From assembly GCA_023458615.1 (NCBI GenBank), contig JAEWYV010000282.1:1-32358 (forward strand): a stretch of 32,358 nucleotides of DNA, given 5' to 3'. The position numbers were made by a program, and so were the translations under genes. Every line of letters starts with the position of its first letter. Within the stretch, counting starts at the first letter, position 1. This DNA is from Bacillota bacterium. Its GTDB lineage: Bacteria > Bacillota > Clostridia > Christensenellales > CAG-138. Below, one piece after another: positions 16,160-24,663 of the stretch. Below the pieces are notes generated by a model that was not told where the DNA came from, ran no database searches, and worked only from the letters and a program-made list of their open reading frames with translations.

Positions 16160-17331
16160 CAGTATTTGCCGTAGCGCAGAGCTGTGTCCACAAACGCTTT
16201 GATATTCTCGATCGGGGTACCATATTCAAAGAAGTCCGCGTTTTGAATGATGTTACAGCCCTTCATCTTGGCGGCGAGCGCCGTTCTACGCGTTGCCTCA
16301 ACAACATCCTCCACCGTTCCTTTTTGAATGATGTTTACCTGATCTACGCCGCAATGCATGATGTAATCCCCGTTGATGACATCCACGGCATGCTCTAGAT
16401 TTGTGTCTCCGAGCGGCGGCGGAGAGAAGGGCTCTACAATGCGGCTCCCCAACTCTTTATAGGAATCGATAAGCGACATGATTTGACCGCAGTTGTGATA
16501 GATGCAGGGCTTACCCTCACTCTGGAAGAGCTCGATATACGCCTTTTCATAAGGAAGGGCATATTTGTCATAATTCTTCTTGCCCATGAACCCGCCGGGG
16601 ACATTGCCGCCGATGAAGTAGGCATCAAGCTCCGTATCCATATAGGCGCGGATATAATCGTTGAAGCGCGTGAGTGAAAAGCGCATCAACTTTTCATAAT
16701 ACTCTTCATCAAAGAGAAACAGGGAGTACAACTCATCCAGTTCAATTAGATGAGACGCGTTGTTAAACGGGCCATAGGGCACCCAAGCGCCAACGACGCC
16801 ATCCCCGCCGACATATTGCTTCATACGCTTGACCCGGTCACGAATGGACTGCGCAAACTCGTCGCTCATGTCCGGCTCATGCGCCATGACGACGTCGAGA
16901 TCCTGCTCGCACTGCACCGGCTTTTTTGTGCAGGCAAACATGAGCGTTCTATCATATAAACGATTGATGGAAAATTCCTGCGTCAGCGTGCCATCCGGCG
17001 TCTTGATGGTTGATGCGATTACGTGGGTTGAGCCGCTTTGGCGCTCGGTGGAGCTCACCTGCCAGTTTTTTGTGCTCTTTGAAATATTGACGCCGCCAAA
17101 TAGGACGTGCTGCGGGAGTGCCTCGTCAAATAAAATGCGTAAAAACACATCCGCGCCCATTTCGCGCTGGAAATCGACCGATGCTTTTTGCAGTGCGTCG
17201 TATTCGTCCTCCGCCAGTTCGGGGTGCAGCTGATTGAGCAAATGACCCTGATCCTGAATAAAGAGGCATACCGGAATACGATCTGTTCTGACCTTTGCAA
17301 ACGTACTTAGAATACGATCTCTGCTGTCCAT
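16159..17331 (-). CDS. URO-D/MtaA-superfamily protein, paralog A (most divergent)
   Basis: Motifs are an N-terminal MDSRDRILSTFAKVRTDRIPV, YHNCGQ and a C-terminal GTVEDV...GTPIENIKAFVD. A strong GGAAGGAG ribosome-binding site lies at 17339..17346. It is the first gene of the minus-strand operon. Confidence 0.75.
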   Translation of the reverse strand: MDSRDRILSTFAKVRTDRIPVCLFIQDQGHLLNQLHPELAEDEYDALQKASVDFQREMGADVFLRILFDEALPQHVLFGGVNISKSTKNWQVSSTERQSGSTHVIASTIKTPDGTLTQEFSINRLYDRTLMFACTKKPVQCEQDLDVVMAHEPDMSDEFAQSIRDRVKRMKQYVGGDGVVGAWVPYGPFNNASHLIELDELYSLFLFDEEYYEKLMRFSLTRFNDYIRAYMDTELDAYFIGGNVPGGFMGKKNYDKYALPYEKAYIELFQSEGKPCIYHNCGQIMSLIDSYKELGSRIVEPFSPPPLGDTNLEHAVDVINGDYIMHCGVDQVNIIQKGTVEDVVEATRRTALAAKMKGCNIIQNADFFEYGTPIENIKAFVDTALRYGKY

Positions 17332-17452
17332 CGTGCATCTCCTTCCATTTATAGTGGTAGAATATCAAAGCCGGATTCCACGGTGAATCAAAAGTATTGA
17401 CATTTCTATGGGTAATATTAACTGGTTTTCAGCGTTTCAAAATTTACGTCAA

Positions 17453-17466
17453 TAACTTATAAGTTA
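17453..17466. promoter_or_regulatory. Perfect 14-bp palindrome in the divergent control region (candidate operator)
   Basis: TAACTTATAAGTTA is its own reverse complement. It is located between the divergent URO-D-like operon (start 17331) and the ABC importer operon (start 17564). Confidence 0.35.
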
Positions 17467-17563
17467 CCGCTAATTCCTCTTATTTTCGTACTCCAGCAGA
17501 GGCAATAAAATAAATCCAAGTCCAATCCATAAGCCAATCAAAGCATTTCGGAGGCTTTCAGCT

Positions 17564-19072
17564 ATGCAGCCTTTTCTAGAGTTCAGGAATATATCTATGC
17601 AATTTCCCGGTGTCAAAGCGCTCGATTCGGTCGGTTTTACCGTCAATCGCGGAGAGGTTGTTGCCTTTGTAGGCGAGAACGGCGCGGGGAAATCGACCTT
17701 GCTAAAGATATTAAATGGCGACTATCAGCCCACATCCGGAGAAATCTATATGATGGGAAATCGGGTTTGTTACGCAAACCCGGACGAGGCTATCAAGGCG
17801 GGCATCAGCGTGATCTATCAGGAACGGCAGCTTGCCCAGTATCTATCCGTCGCCGAAAACATCTTTCTAGGGCGTATCCCGACGCAGCATGGGTTTATCA
17901 ACTACAAACTGCTCAACGCCAAGGCACAGGCAATTATCGACGAATTCGGTCTTCCGCTCTCGCCAAGCGTCCATGTCAAAAACATCTCGGTGGCCTATCA
18001 GCAGATGGTAGAGATCATGAAGGCGTATGCGCGGGAAGCGGACATCTATTGCTTCGACGAACCAACGGCTCCCTTGACCGAATCGGAAATCAAGGTGCTG
18101 TTTGAGATTATTCGCAAGTTAAAGAGTCAGGGGAAAGCCATTATCTATATCTCCCATCGGCTCAGTGAAATGTTTCAGATCACCGACCGCGCGATCATCC
18201 TCAAGGACGGAAAGTTCGTAGCGGAGCGGTGCACCGCAGAGACAAACGAATCCGAATTGGTTAGTTTGATGGTGGGGCGCGATATCGGAGACGCATTCCT
18301 GCATCTCAATCGCAATCAGGAGATGGGCGAGACGGTGCTGGAGCTATCCGGCGTTACAACAGACAAACTCAAGGACGTTTCACTAACAGTACGTGCGGGC
18401 GAAATCGTCGGCCTTTCGGGGCTGGCTGGCGCTGGGAGAACGGAGATTGCGCGTGCCATCTTCGGCGCGGACAAGATCAAAAAAGGCAGCATGAAACTCT
18501 GTGGACGACCCTACGTTCCGCGCTCTCCAAAGCACGCCATGCGCATGGGCGTTGCACTTGCGCCGGAGGATCGAAAACTCGAAGGATTGTCCCTGATGCA
18601 GTGCGTGCGCGAGAATGTTACGCTGGCGGTCGTACCGCAATATACGGTTGCCGGGTTTATCAACTTTAAGCGGGATCGCTCGCTGGCAAAACAACTGATT
18701 CATGAGTTTAATATCAAAACCCCGTCTCCGGAGCAGACGGTCATCAACCTCTCCGGCGGTAATCAGCAGAAAATCATCCTCGCCAGATGGATGGCGATGG
18801 AGCCGAAGCTGATCATCTTTGACGAGCCGACCAAGGGAATTGACGTTGGCGCGAAGAGCGAAATCTATCGCATGATATGCAGCATTGCACACAGAGGGAT
18901 TGCCGTGCTGTTCATCAGCTCCGAACTTCCGGAGGTAATCGGATTATCCGATCGCATCATCGTGCTCAAGGACGGTCAGGTGACCGCGGATATTCAACAA
19001 AAAGATGCAACAGAGCGAGGAATCCTATCCTATGCAATGCTGGATCACACAAAAACGGAGGGAACACATTGA
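17564..19072 (+). CDS. CUT2-family sugar ABC transporter ATPase with two fused nucleotide-binding domains (RbsA/AraG/XylG type)
   Basis: Walker A motifs are GENGAGKST and GLAGAGRTE. The first signature is degenerate (VAYQQMVEI) and the second canonical (LSGGNQQK). Walker B motifs are CFDEPT and IFDEPT. A GGAGG ribosome-binding site lies at 17550..17554. Confidence 0.93.
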   Translation: MQPFLEFRNISMQFPGVKALDSVGFTVNRGEVVAFVGENGAGKSTLLKILNGDYQPTSGEIYMMGNRVCYANPDEAIKAGISVIYQERQLAQYLSVAENIFLGRIPTQHGFINYKLLNAKAQAIIDEFGLPLSPSVHVKNISVAYQQMVEIMKAYAREADIYCFDEPTAPLTESEIKVLFEIIRKLKSQGKAIIYISHRLSEMFQITDRAIILKDGKFVAERCTAETNESELVSLMVGRDIGDAFLHLNRNQEMGETVLELSGVTTDKLKDVSLTVRAGEIVGLSGLAGAGRTEIARAIFGADKIKKGSMKLCGRPYVPRSPKHAMRMGVALAPEDRKLEGLSLMQCVRENVTLAVVPQYTVAGFINFKRDRSLAKQLIHEFNIKTPSPEQTVINLSGGNQQKIILARWMAMEPKLIIFDEPTKGIDVGAKSEIYRMICSIAHRGIAVLFISSELPEVIGLSDRIIVLKDGQVTADIQQKDATERGILSYAMLDHTKTEGTH

Positions 19073-20055
19073 TGAGTAAGTCAAAGGAAGCTGGGTCGCA
19101 AAGCAAATTTGGCATTGCGATCAAGAAAATCCTGCGCGGGGACAATCTGGGTCTGCTGGTGGCGTTAATTGCCGTCGTAGCCATCTTTTCGCTCTTAAAT
19201 CCAAACTACTTTACAGCGCGCAACCTTAGAAATGTGTTTACCGCCGGTTCGCTAAGCGGATTGATCTGCGTTGGTGAGGCGATGCTCCTCATCGGCGGGC
19301 TGATGGACCTCTCGCCTGGCTCTACGGCAGCATTCTCCGGTGTGGTTGCCGCCATCCTGCTCCGTGCGAATGTGAATGTCGGCGTGGTGTTGGTTGTGAT
19401 TCTTGCCATCGGCGTTGTCGTTGGCGCAATCAATGCCTTCTTCACCACGCAGATGAAGATCAGTGCATTTATTGTTACGCTGGCTTCCCAGCAGATTATT
19501 CGCGGATTTTGTTATATCATATCCAACGGGGAAAGCATTCTGATTACCAATCCATTCTTTCTCTCGCTGGGCACGGCAAAGGTTCTCGGCATCCCGTTCC
19601 CGATTCTGTTCATGGTATTGATGTTTGTCGTGTTCTATGTTGTTCTAACGCGGATGCAACTCGGGAGGAACATCTATACCGTCGGCGGAAACGCAGTTGC
19701 GGCACGACTTGCTGGCATTTCCAATAAATCGACGACGTACATCCTATTTATCATCATGAGTGTGCTTGCGTCTTTGGGCGGCGCGATTCTTGCCTCACGC
19801 ATGAACACCGGGCAACCGCAAGCCTGTGTCGGGTTGGAGTTTGATGGAATCACCGCGGCGATCCTCGGCGGCGTTGCGATGAGTGGCGGCAGTGGTTCAC
19901 TGCTGGGTGCATTCGTCGGCCTGCTGATTCTGCAGGGATTCAATACGGGGCTTACCATCATCAACGTCCAGTCGTTCTGGCAATACGTTGCAAAGGGCGC
20001 ACTGCTGCTCATCGCTCTCTCGTTTGACTATTTCCGCGCAAAGCGGCGCGCGTAA
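19072..20055 (+). CDS. CUT2-family sugar ABC permease (RbsC/AraH type, BPD_transp_2)
   Basis: The ATG at 19072 overlaps the ATPase stop by 1 nt (TGATG). MSKSKEAGSQSKFGIAIKKILRGDNLG is followed by about 9 to 10 hydrophobic helices. The track ORF start at 18877 lies inside the ATPase gene and its extension is Arg-rich nonsense. Confidence 0.9.
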   Translation: MSKSKEAGSQSKFGIAIKKILRGDNLGLLVALIAVVAIFSLLNPNYFTARNLRNVFTAGSLSGLICVGEAMLLIGGLMDLSPGSTAAFSGVVAAILLRANVNVGVVLVVILAIGVVVGAINAFFTTQMKISAFIVTLASQQIIRGFCYIISNGESILITNPFFLSLGTAKVLGIPFPILFMVLMFVVFYVVLTRMQLGRNIYTVGGNAVAARLAGISNKSTTYILFIIMSVLASLGGAILASRMNTGQPQACVGLEFDGITAAILGGVAMSGGSGSLLGAFVGLLILQGFNTGLTIINVQSFWQYVAKGALLLIALSFDYFRAKRRA

Positions 20056-20114
20056 CACCGAATTAGAAAGGTGCTTGAACATCTTTTTAATAATATAGCT
20101 ATGGAGGAACGCAA

Positions 20115-21179
20115 ATGAAAAAACTACTGACACTCTCTCTGGTTTTGATTCTGGCACTGAGCATGTTTACCGCCTGCCAGCCGCAAGCCCCTGCAACGGA
20201 CACGCAAGCGGCTGTGGAAGCCACGGCAGCGCCGGAAGCGGCCGCGGAAACCGCCGCCCCCGCACCGGCAGAAAAGATCGTCATTGCCGGTATCTATAAG
20301 TCCGGCGACCAACAGTGGTTCATTGGCGAAGGCGCAGCGGCAGCCGCCAAGTGCAAAGAGATGGGCGCATCTGACTTTATGTATATCGACGTAAAGCTGG
20401 ATCCGGATCTTTATCTGCAGGCGATTGACAATGCCATTACGCAGGGTGTCGCCGGCATCTTGACCTGCCCGCCGGATCAGAAGCTCTCCGGTGTTGTGGT
20501 TCAGAAGTGCAAGGAAGCCGGAATTCCGGTTGTTGCATGCGACGATGCGCTGATGGATGAATCCGGCAATCTGATTGCTCCCTATGTTGGCATCGATGCG
20601 CTCGCCATTGGCAAAGCCTGCGGCGAATGGGCAGCCAACTATGCCAAAGAGAACGGCATGACGGGCGAAGACACCGGCGTTCTGCTTCTCGCGGCGGATA
20701 CCATCTCCTCCTGCGTGCCCAGAACGGATGGCGCAAAAGAAGTTTGGATGACGAATTTCCCGGATTGGCCCGAAGCCCGTATGTGGCGCGTAGACTACAC
20801 CGGCCCGCAGGATGAAGCGTTTGACCAGGCAGCGGCAACCTTCACGGCACACCCGGAAATCAAGCACTGGGTCATCATGGCCATCAACGATGAAGGCGCG
20901 GCCGGCGCAACCAGAGCGCTGGAGCAGGCCGGCTTGGATAAGGACGCCGTCGTCGTTGGCATCGGCGGATACCTTGCCAAGCTGGAGTTCAAGAAGGATG
21001 GCGGCTCCGCATTTAAGGCGACTGCGTTCATCAACTATGTTGACGTTGGCTCCATGTCTGCCGAGAATCTGATGAACAGCATCCTCCAGGGCACCGAGAT
21101 CGGCATGGATACAAGAACACCCGCCGTCATGGTTACCGCAGAGAACTATGTGGACATCATGAAGGATCAGGCGAACTAA
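20115..21179 (+). CDS. CUT2-family monosaccharide-binding lipoprotein (Peripla_BP type I, AraF-like)
   Basis: A GGAGG ribosome-binding site lies 7 nt upstream. The lipobox is LSMFTAC, followed by an Ala/Pro/Glu/Thr linker. The core resembles my recollection of E. coli AraF (for example HPEIKHWVIMAINDEGAAGATRALEQAG and ILTCPPDQKLSGVVV), but this was not verified by alignment. Confidence 0.85.
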   Translation: MKKLLTLSLVLILALSMFTACQPQAPATDTQAAVEATAAPEAAAETAAPAPAEKIVIAGIYKSGDQQWFIGEGAAAAAKCKEMGASDFMYIDVKLDPDLYLQAIDNAITQGVAGILTCPPDQKLSGVVVQKCKEAGIPVVACDDALMDESGNLIAPYVGIDALAIGKACGEWAANYAKENGMTGEDTGVLLLAADTISSCVPRTDGAKEVWMTNFPDWPEARMWRVDYTGPQDEAFDQAAATFTAHPEIKHWVIMAINDEGAAGATRALEQAGLDKDAVVVGIGGYLAKLEFKKDGGSAFKATAFINYVDVGSMSAENLMNSILQGTEIGMDTRTPAVMVTAENYVDIMKDQAN

Positions 21180-21220
21180 CGAGAAAAAACCATTCCTGCG
21201 AGCGAAGCGCAGATGAGAAA

Positions 21221-21265
21221 ACCTCCCGTCGTGTTTGATTGCGGCGGGAGGTTTGTTTTTTCTTT
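21221..21265 (+). terminator. Rho-independent terminator of the ABC importer operon
   Basis: ACCTCCCGTCG pairs with CGGCGGGAGGT as an 11-bp stem with one G-U pair, followed by TTGTTTTTTCTTTTG. It may also stop the convergent response-regulator transcript. Confidence 0.85.
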
Positions 21266-21333
21266 TGAGTGTTGTTTGATTCACATTTGAGGGCCGATTT
21301 TGCCTGTATTTGTGTAAACAGAAGCACGGATTT

Positions 21334-22911
21334 CTACTCGTCGATTGCCTGCTGATAGCCGCCTCTTCGGTCGTTAAGCCCGTCCATCGCCCGCTTCCGA
21401 TAGTCGGTTGGCGATAATCCGGTTACCTTTTTAAAGATCAGAGAAAAGTATTGATAGGAGGAGAAACCGACGAGTTCTGCCACCTCATATAGCTTTTGAT
21501 GCGTGTTTGCCAGCAGGTGTTTGGCGCGCTCAATTCGGACATTCTCGATATAGTGGGCGATGTTTTCGCCCATTTTTTCTTTGAACAACCGGCAAAGATA
21601 ACTTTTGTGCATGTGAAGGCTATCCGCAATGTAAGAGAGCGAGATGTCGTTCATATACTCCATCTCAATGATACGAAGCGCCGAAGAGATGACGTCCTGC
21701 TTACTATCCGTTGTGGAGGAGATGAATTTGACAATCATGGATTTAAAGAACTGCGCCATCATCTCGTTGGATTCCATGCTGTTGACATCGTCAAGGTTGC
21801 AGGGCAATTCGCTGAAGATCTCCTCAAACGTATAGCCGCTTTGCTGAGAGAGAGAGATCACCGTTGACCAGAGCGAGGAATTGATATAGCGATAGTAGTT
21901 CATATCGATGAAGCCGGATGAAAACTCGATGGAATAGAGTTTGTCGATGAGCCCGATCACCGTTGGATTTGCGCTGGTCCAGAGTTTCTTGACGCGGCTT
22001 AACAGGTAATTGATCCTGTCAAAGTCAACCATATCGCGCTTGGGTAGGATGCAGTTGTACAATATGGTCTTCTCCGGACCTTCCGTAATGCGCATCTCTA
22101 CCGCTTTGCGAGCCTCGTGGCATGCAATCGGCAGATCGGTGATGCTCTTCACGGGATCGGAGACGCCGATTGTGATGTTTCCGATGCCAAACTCCTCCGC
22201 TTTGGGTCGAATGGCGCCTGAGGTAGCATAGGTTACGCTCATGAAGTACATCAGGGAATAGGTCTCGCTTGTTTCAAAGAGCATGTAGATAAACCCGTTA
22301 CCGTCATGATAGTAGCACAGGCAATTCACGCTTTTGGCAAATGCCGCAAGACGGCTGTTGACGACTTCGGCCCCTTCGCGGTAGCACATATTTTCATAAT
22401 CGTCCGGTGAAACGAGGAACACGGAGACAAATTTATACTGCATTGGCTCAGAAGCGATGTCCTCGCCCAAAGCCGCGCTTTTGAGTAAGGTGTGCATCCG
22501 GCCGCCGCATGGCGGAGCGGACGCCGGAGTCTCTGTCTCAGCCCGAACCGCAACCAGTAACGCTTTGATCTCATTGTCCGTCATGAGATCTTTCACGATA
22601 TAATCCTGAACCCCGAGACGGATTGCTCTGCGCGCATACTCGAACTTTTCAAAGCAGGAGATAATCACGATTTTCTGCTGCGGTTTGATCTTTCGCACCC
22701 GTGCGATGAAATCCAGCCCGTCCATGATCGGCATGATGATATCTGTAAACACAATATCAAAGTGGTTGGCGATCATGAGGTTGAGTGCCTCTGCGCCGTT
22801 TGTGGCAAGCACCGGCTGCTCATAGTCCAGCGCAGTCCAATCAACGATGCGCTTAAACATCTCTCTGGAAGCGAATTCATCGTCAACAATCAGCGCCCTA
22901 AGTTTTTTCAT
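21334..22911 (-). CDS. Two-component response regulator, CheY receiver plus AraC-type HTH output (YesN-like)
   Basis: The receiver reads MKKLRALIVDDE...DIVFTDIIMPIMDG...KIVIISCF. The C-terminal AraC helix-turn-helix reads YLCRLFKEKMGENIAHYIENVRIERAKHLL...FSSYQYFSLIFKKVTGLSPTDYRK. A GGAGGA ribosome-binding site lies in the end of the kinase gene. Confidence 0.93.
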   Translation of the reverse strand: MKKLRALIVDDEFASREMFKRIVDWTALDYEQPVLATNGAEALNLMIANHFDIVFTDIIMPIMDGLDFIARVRKIKPQQKIVIISCFEKFEYARRAIRLGVQDYIVKDLMTDNEIKALLVAVRAETETPASAPPCGGRMHTLLKSAALGEDIASEPMQYKFVSVFLVSPDDYENMCYREGAEVVNSRLAAFAKSVNCLCYYHDGNGFIYMLFETSETYSLMYFMSVTYATSGAIRPKAEEFGIGNITIGVSDPVKSITDLPIACHEARKAVEMRITEGPEKTILYNCILPKRDMVDFDRINYLLSRVKKLWTSANPTVIGLIDKLYSIEFSSGFIDMNYYRYINSSLWSTVISLSQQSGYTFEEIFSELPCNLDDVNSMESNEMMAQFFKSMIVKFISSTTDSKQDVISSALRIIEMEYMNDISLSYIADSLHMHKSYLCRLFKEKMGENIAHYIENVRIERAKHLLANTHQKLYEVAELVGFSSYQYFSLIFKKVTGLSPTDYRKRAMDGLNDRRGGYQQAIDE

Positions 22912-24663
22912 TTATTCCTCCATTTTCGCAGGCAGCGAGAAACGAACTGTGGTTCCAAATCCATATTTGCTTTCAATTTGCAAACCGGATGCTTCTCCGT
23001 AGCATAAAATCAAGCGGTCGTTGATATTCTTCAAACCGATGCTGTTGAATTTCTTCTCCTGCTTCAGAAGATTATCCAGCATATCCTCGGCGATGCCCTG
23101 TCCGTTATCCGAAATGGAAACCGTGAGCAGCCCATCGGCGCAAACCGCCGCAACCGAGATTGCAATTTTTTGTCCGCCCGGCAGCATGCCGTGAAACAGG
23201 GAGTTTTCGACCAACGGTTGCAGCAGCAGTTTCGGCAGCATACAGACGAGCGCCTGTTTATCCGCTTCAATGGAAAGCTCAAACATATCCTTATATCGAT
23301 ATTTCATGAGATGGGCATACGCTTTTAGGATGGAGAATTCCTCCATCAGCGGGATTTCCTCATGCGTGTTACTCAACGTTGCGCGGAGCAACCGGGTGAG
23401 GGACTGGAGGAATCCTTGAATTTTATCTACGCTTCCCTCTACTGCCAGATAGTTGATGACGTTGAGCGTGTTGTAGAGAAAATGCGGATTGATCTGTTGC
23501 TGCAAGGAGAGCAACTGATAGCGAAGCGCGGCAATTTCCGCCAGCTTACGCTCATCCTGCTCCTGACAAATGGTTTGGATATTCGCTTCGATGCTGTCGA
23601 TCATCTTGTTAAAGCCGTGCTCCAGCGTTACAATTTCGTTGGTTTGCCCGCTGATATCCACCTTTGCCGGAATGGTTCCTTCGTCAAAAATATGCATTGC
23701 AGCGCAGAGCTTTTGAATGGGGTTTGAGATGCGGCGAGAGATAAAGAACGAGAGCAAAATGACGATCGCAATGCCCACAATGCCAACCACGATGATAAAG
23801 CCGACGAGGTTGGAGGCGCTTTCATATATGGTTTGCGTTGAGAGTACCCCAACCAGATGCCAGTCCGGGTAGGAGGGGATGTTGCTATGAAAAAAGGTGT
23901 TGCTCGGTGTGCGATCCACCATGGTGGAATAGTTGGAATCGCACATTGAGATGACATGCTTCAAGACGGGTTCCGATTTGTCATATCCATTATTGCTGTA
24001 AACGACATTTCCATTTCCGTCTATGATATAGAAATAGTCCAGCTGTTTGTTGGCAAACGCCGTTCTGTCCTGAAAAAGCGAATCTTTTTCAATTGTGATG
24101 ACGATGGTACCATATGGGATCAGACTGGGCTTATCGCGCATACGAAAATAGTAGTTGATGCGCGTCATATAGTTTGTATTGTCACCATTATAGTAAGGGT
24201 AGGAATGCGGACTGGAAAATTGCTCTTCGCGGTTCACCTCGCTGAAGGCATCATAGCCGGTGTATTGTAGCATGCGGCTATAATCGGCCTCTACGAACGC
24301 AGGATTGAGCACCTTTCGATCCGGGGTAACAAACATAACAGAGCGCATGCCATACAGATAGATTCTGCGGAGGGCGGCTTCCGCAGGTTCTGATAGTGTG
24401 CCGTTCTTCACAGATTCCGTTATCTCGCTATTCTGGCGGATTAACTGTGTTACTTTGCGAATATCGTCCATGCGATTCTCGATGGAATTTGAAATAAACT
24501 CCATGGAGGAGCGCGTAACATCGATCTTTTGGCTGATAAAATATTCGGAAAACAGGATAGCGACCGCTGCGACAATGCCGGTCATCATGAGCACAAGCAG
24601 CGACGAATAGGAAATCGTCAACTGCGTGTTGATTGTGTTTAATCGCTTCAACCTATTTTGCAA
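22912..24663 (-). CDS. Sensor histidine kinase, YesM/LytS-type (two TM segments flanking a sensor domain of about 250 aa, then HAMP, His_kinase and HATPase_c)
   Basis: The hallmark motif is QQINPHFLYNTLNVINYLA, with LVENSLFHGM...DNGQGI in the ATPase domain. The TM helices are LLVLMMTGIVAAVAILF and FIIVVGIVGIAIVILLSFFI. The longest ORF reaches a TTG at 24684. I prefer the TTG at 24663 because AAGGGAG lies 8 nt upstream, so the start is uncertain by 21 nt. Confidence 0.88.
   Translation of the reverse strand: MQNRLKRLNTINTQLTISYSSLLVLMMTGIVAAVAILFSEYFISQKIDVTRSSMEFISNSIENRMDDIRKVTQLIRQNSEITESVKNGTLSEPAEAALRRIYLYGMRSVMFVTPDRKVLNPAFVEADYSRMLQYTGYDAFSEVNREEQFSSPHSYPYYNGDNTNYMTRINYYFRMRDKPSLIPYGTIVITIEKDSLFQDRTAFANKQLDYFYIIDGNGNVVYSNNGYDKSEPVLKHVISMCDSNYSTMVDRTPSNTFFHSNIPSYPDWHLVGVLSTQTIYESASNLVGFIIVVGIVGIAIVILLSFFISRRISNPIQKLCAAMHIFDEGTIPAKVDISGQTNEIVTLEHGFNKMIDSIEANIQTICQEQDERKLAEIAALRYQLLSLQQQINPHFLYNTLNVINYLAVEGSVDKIQGFLQSLTRLLRATLSNTHEEIPLMEEFSILKAYAHLMKYRYKDMFELSIEADKQALVCMLPKLLLQPLVENSLFHGMLPGGQKIAISVAAVCADGLLTVSISDNGQGIAEDMLDNLLKQEKKFNSIGLKNINDRLILCYGEASGLQIESKYGFGTTVRFSLPAKMEE

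Noticed and set aside
12810-17331. Annotating the three URO-D-family genes as hemE (uroporphyrinogen decarboxylase).
   Set aside because: Three divergent paralogs in one operon with a mutarotase-fold gene do not fit tetrapyrrole synthesis. No other hem genes are nearby, an HxCG motif is present, and the neighbourhood is entirely sugar-related. Only superfamily-level assignment is justified.
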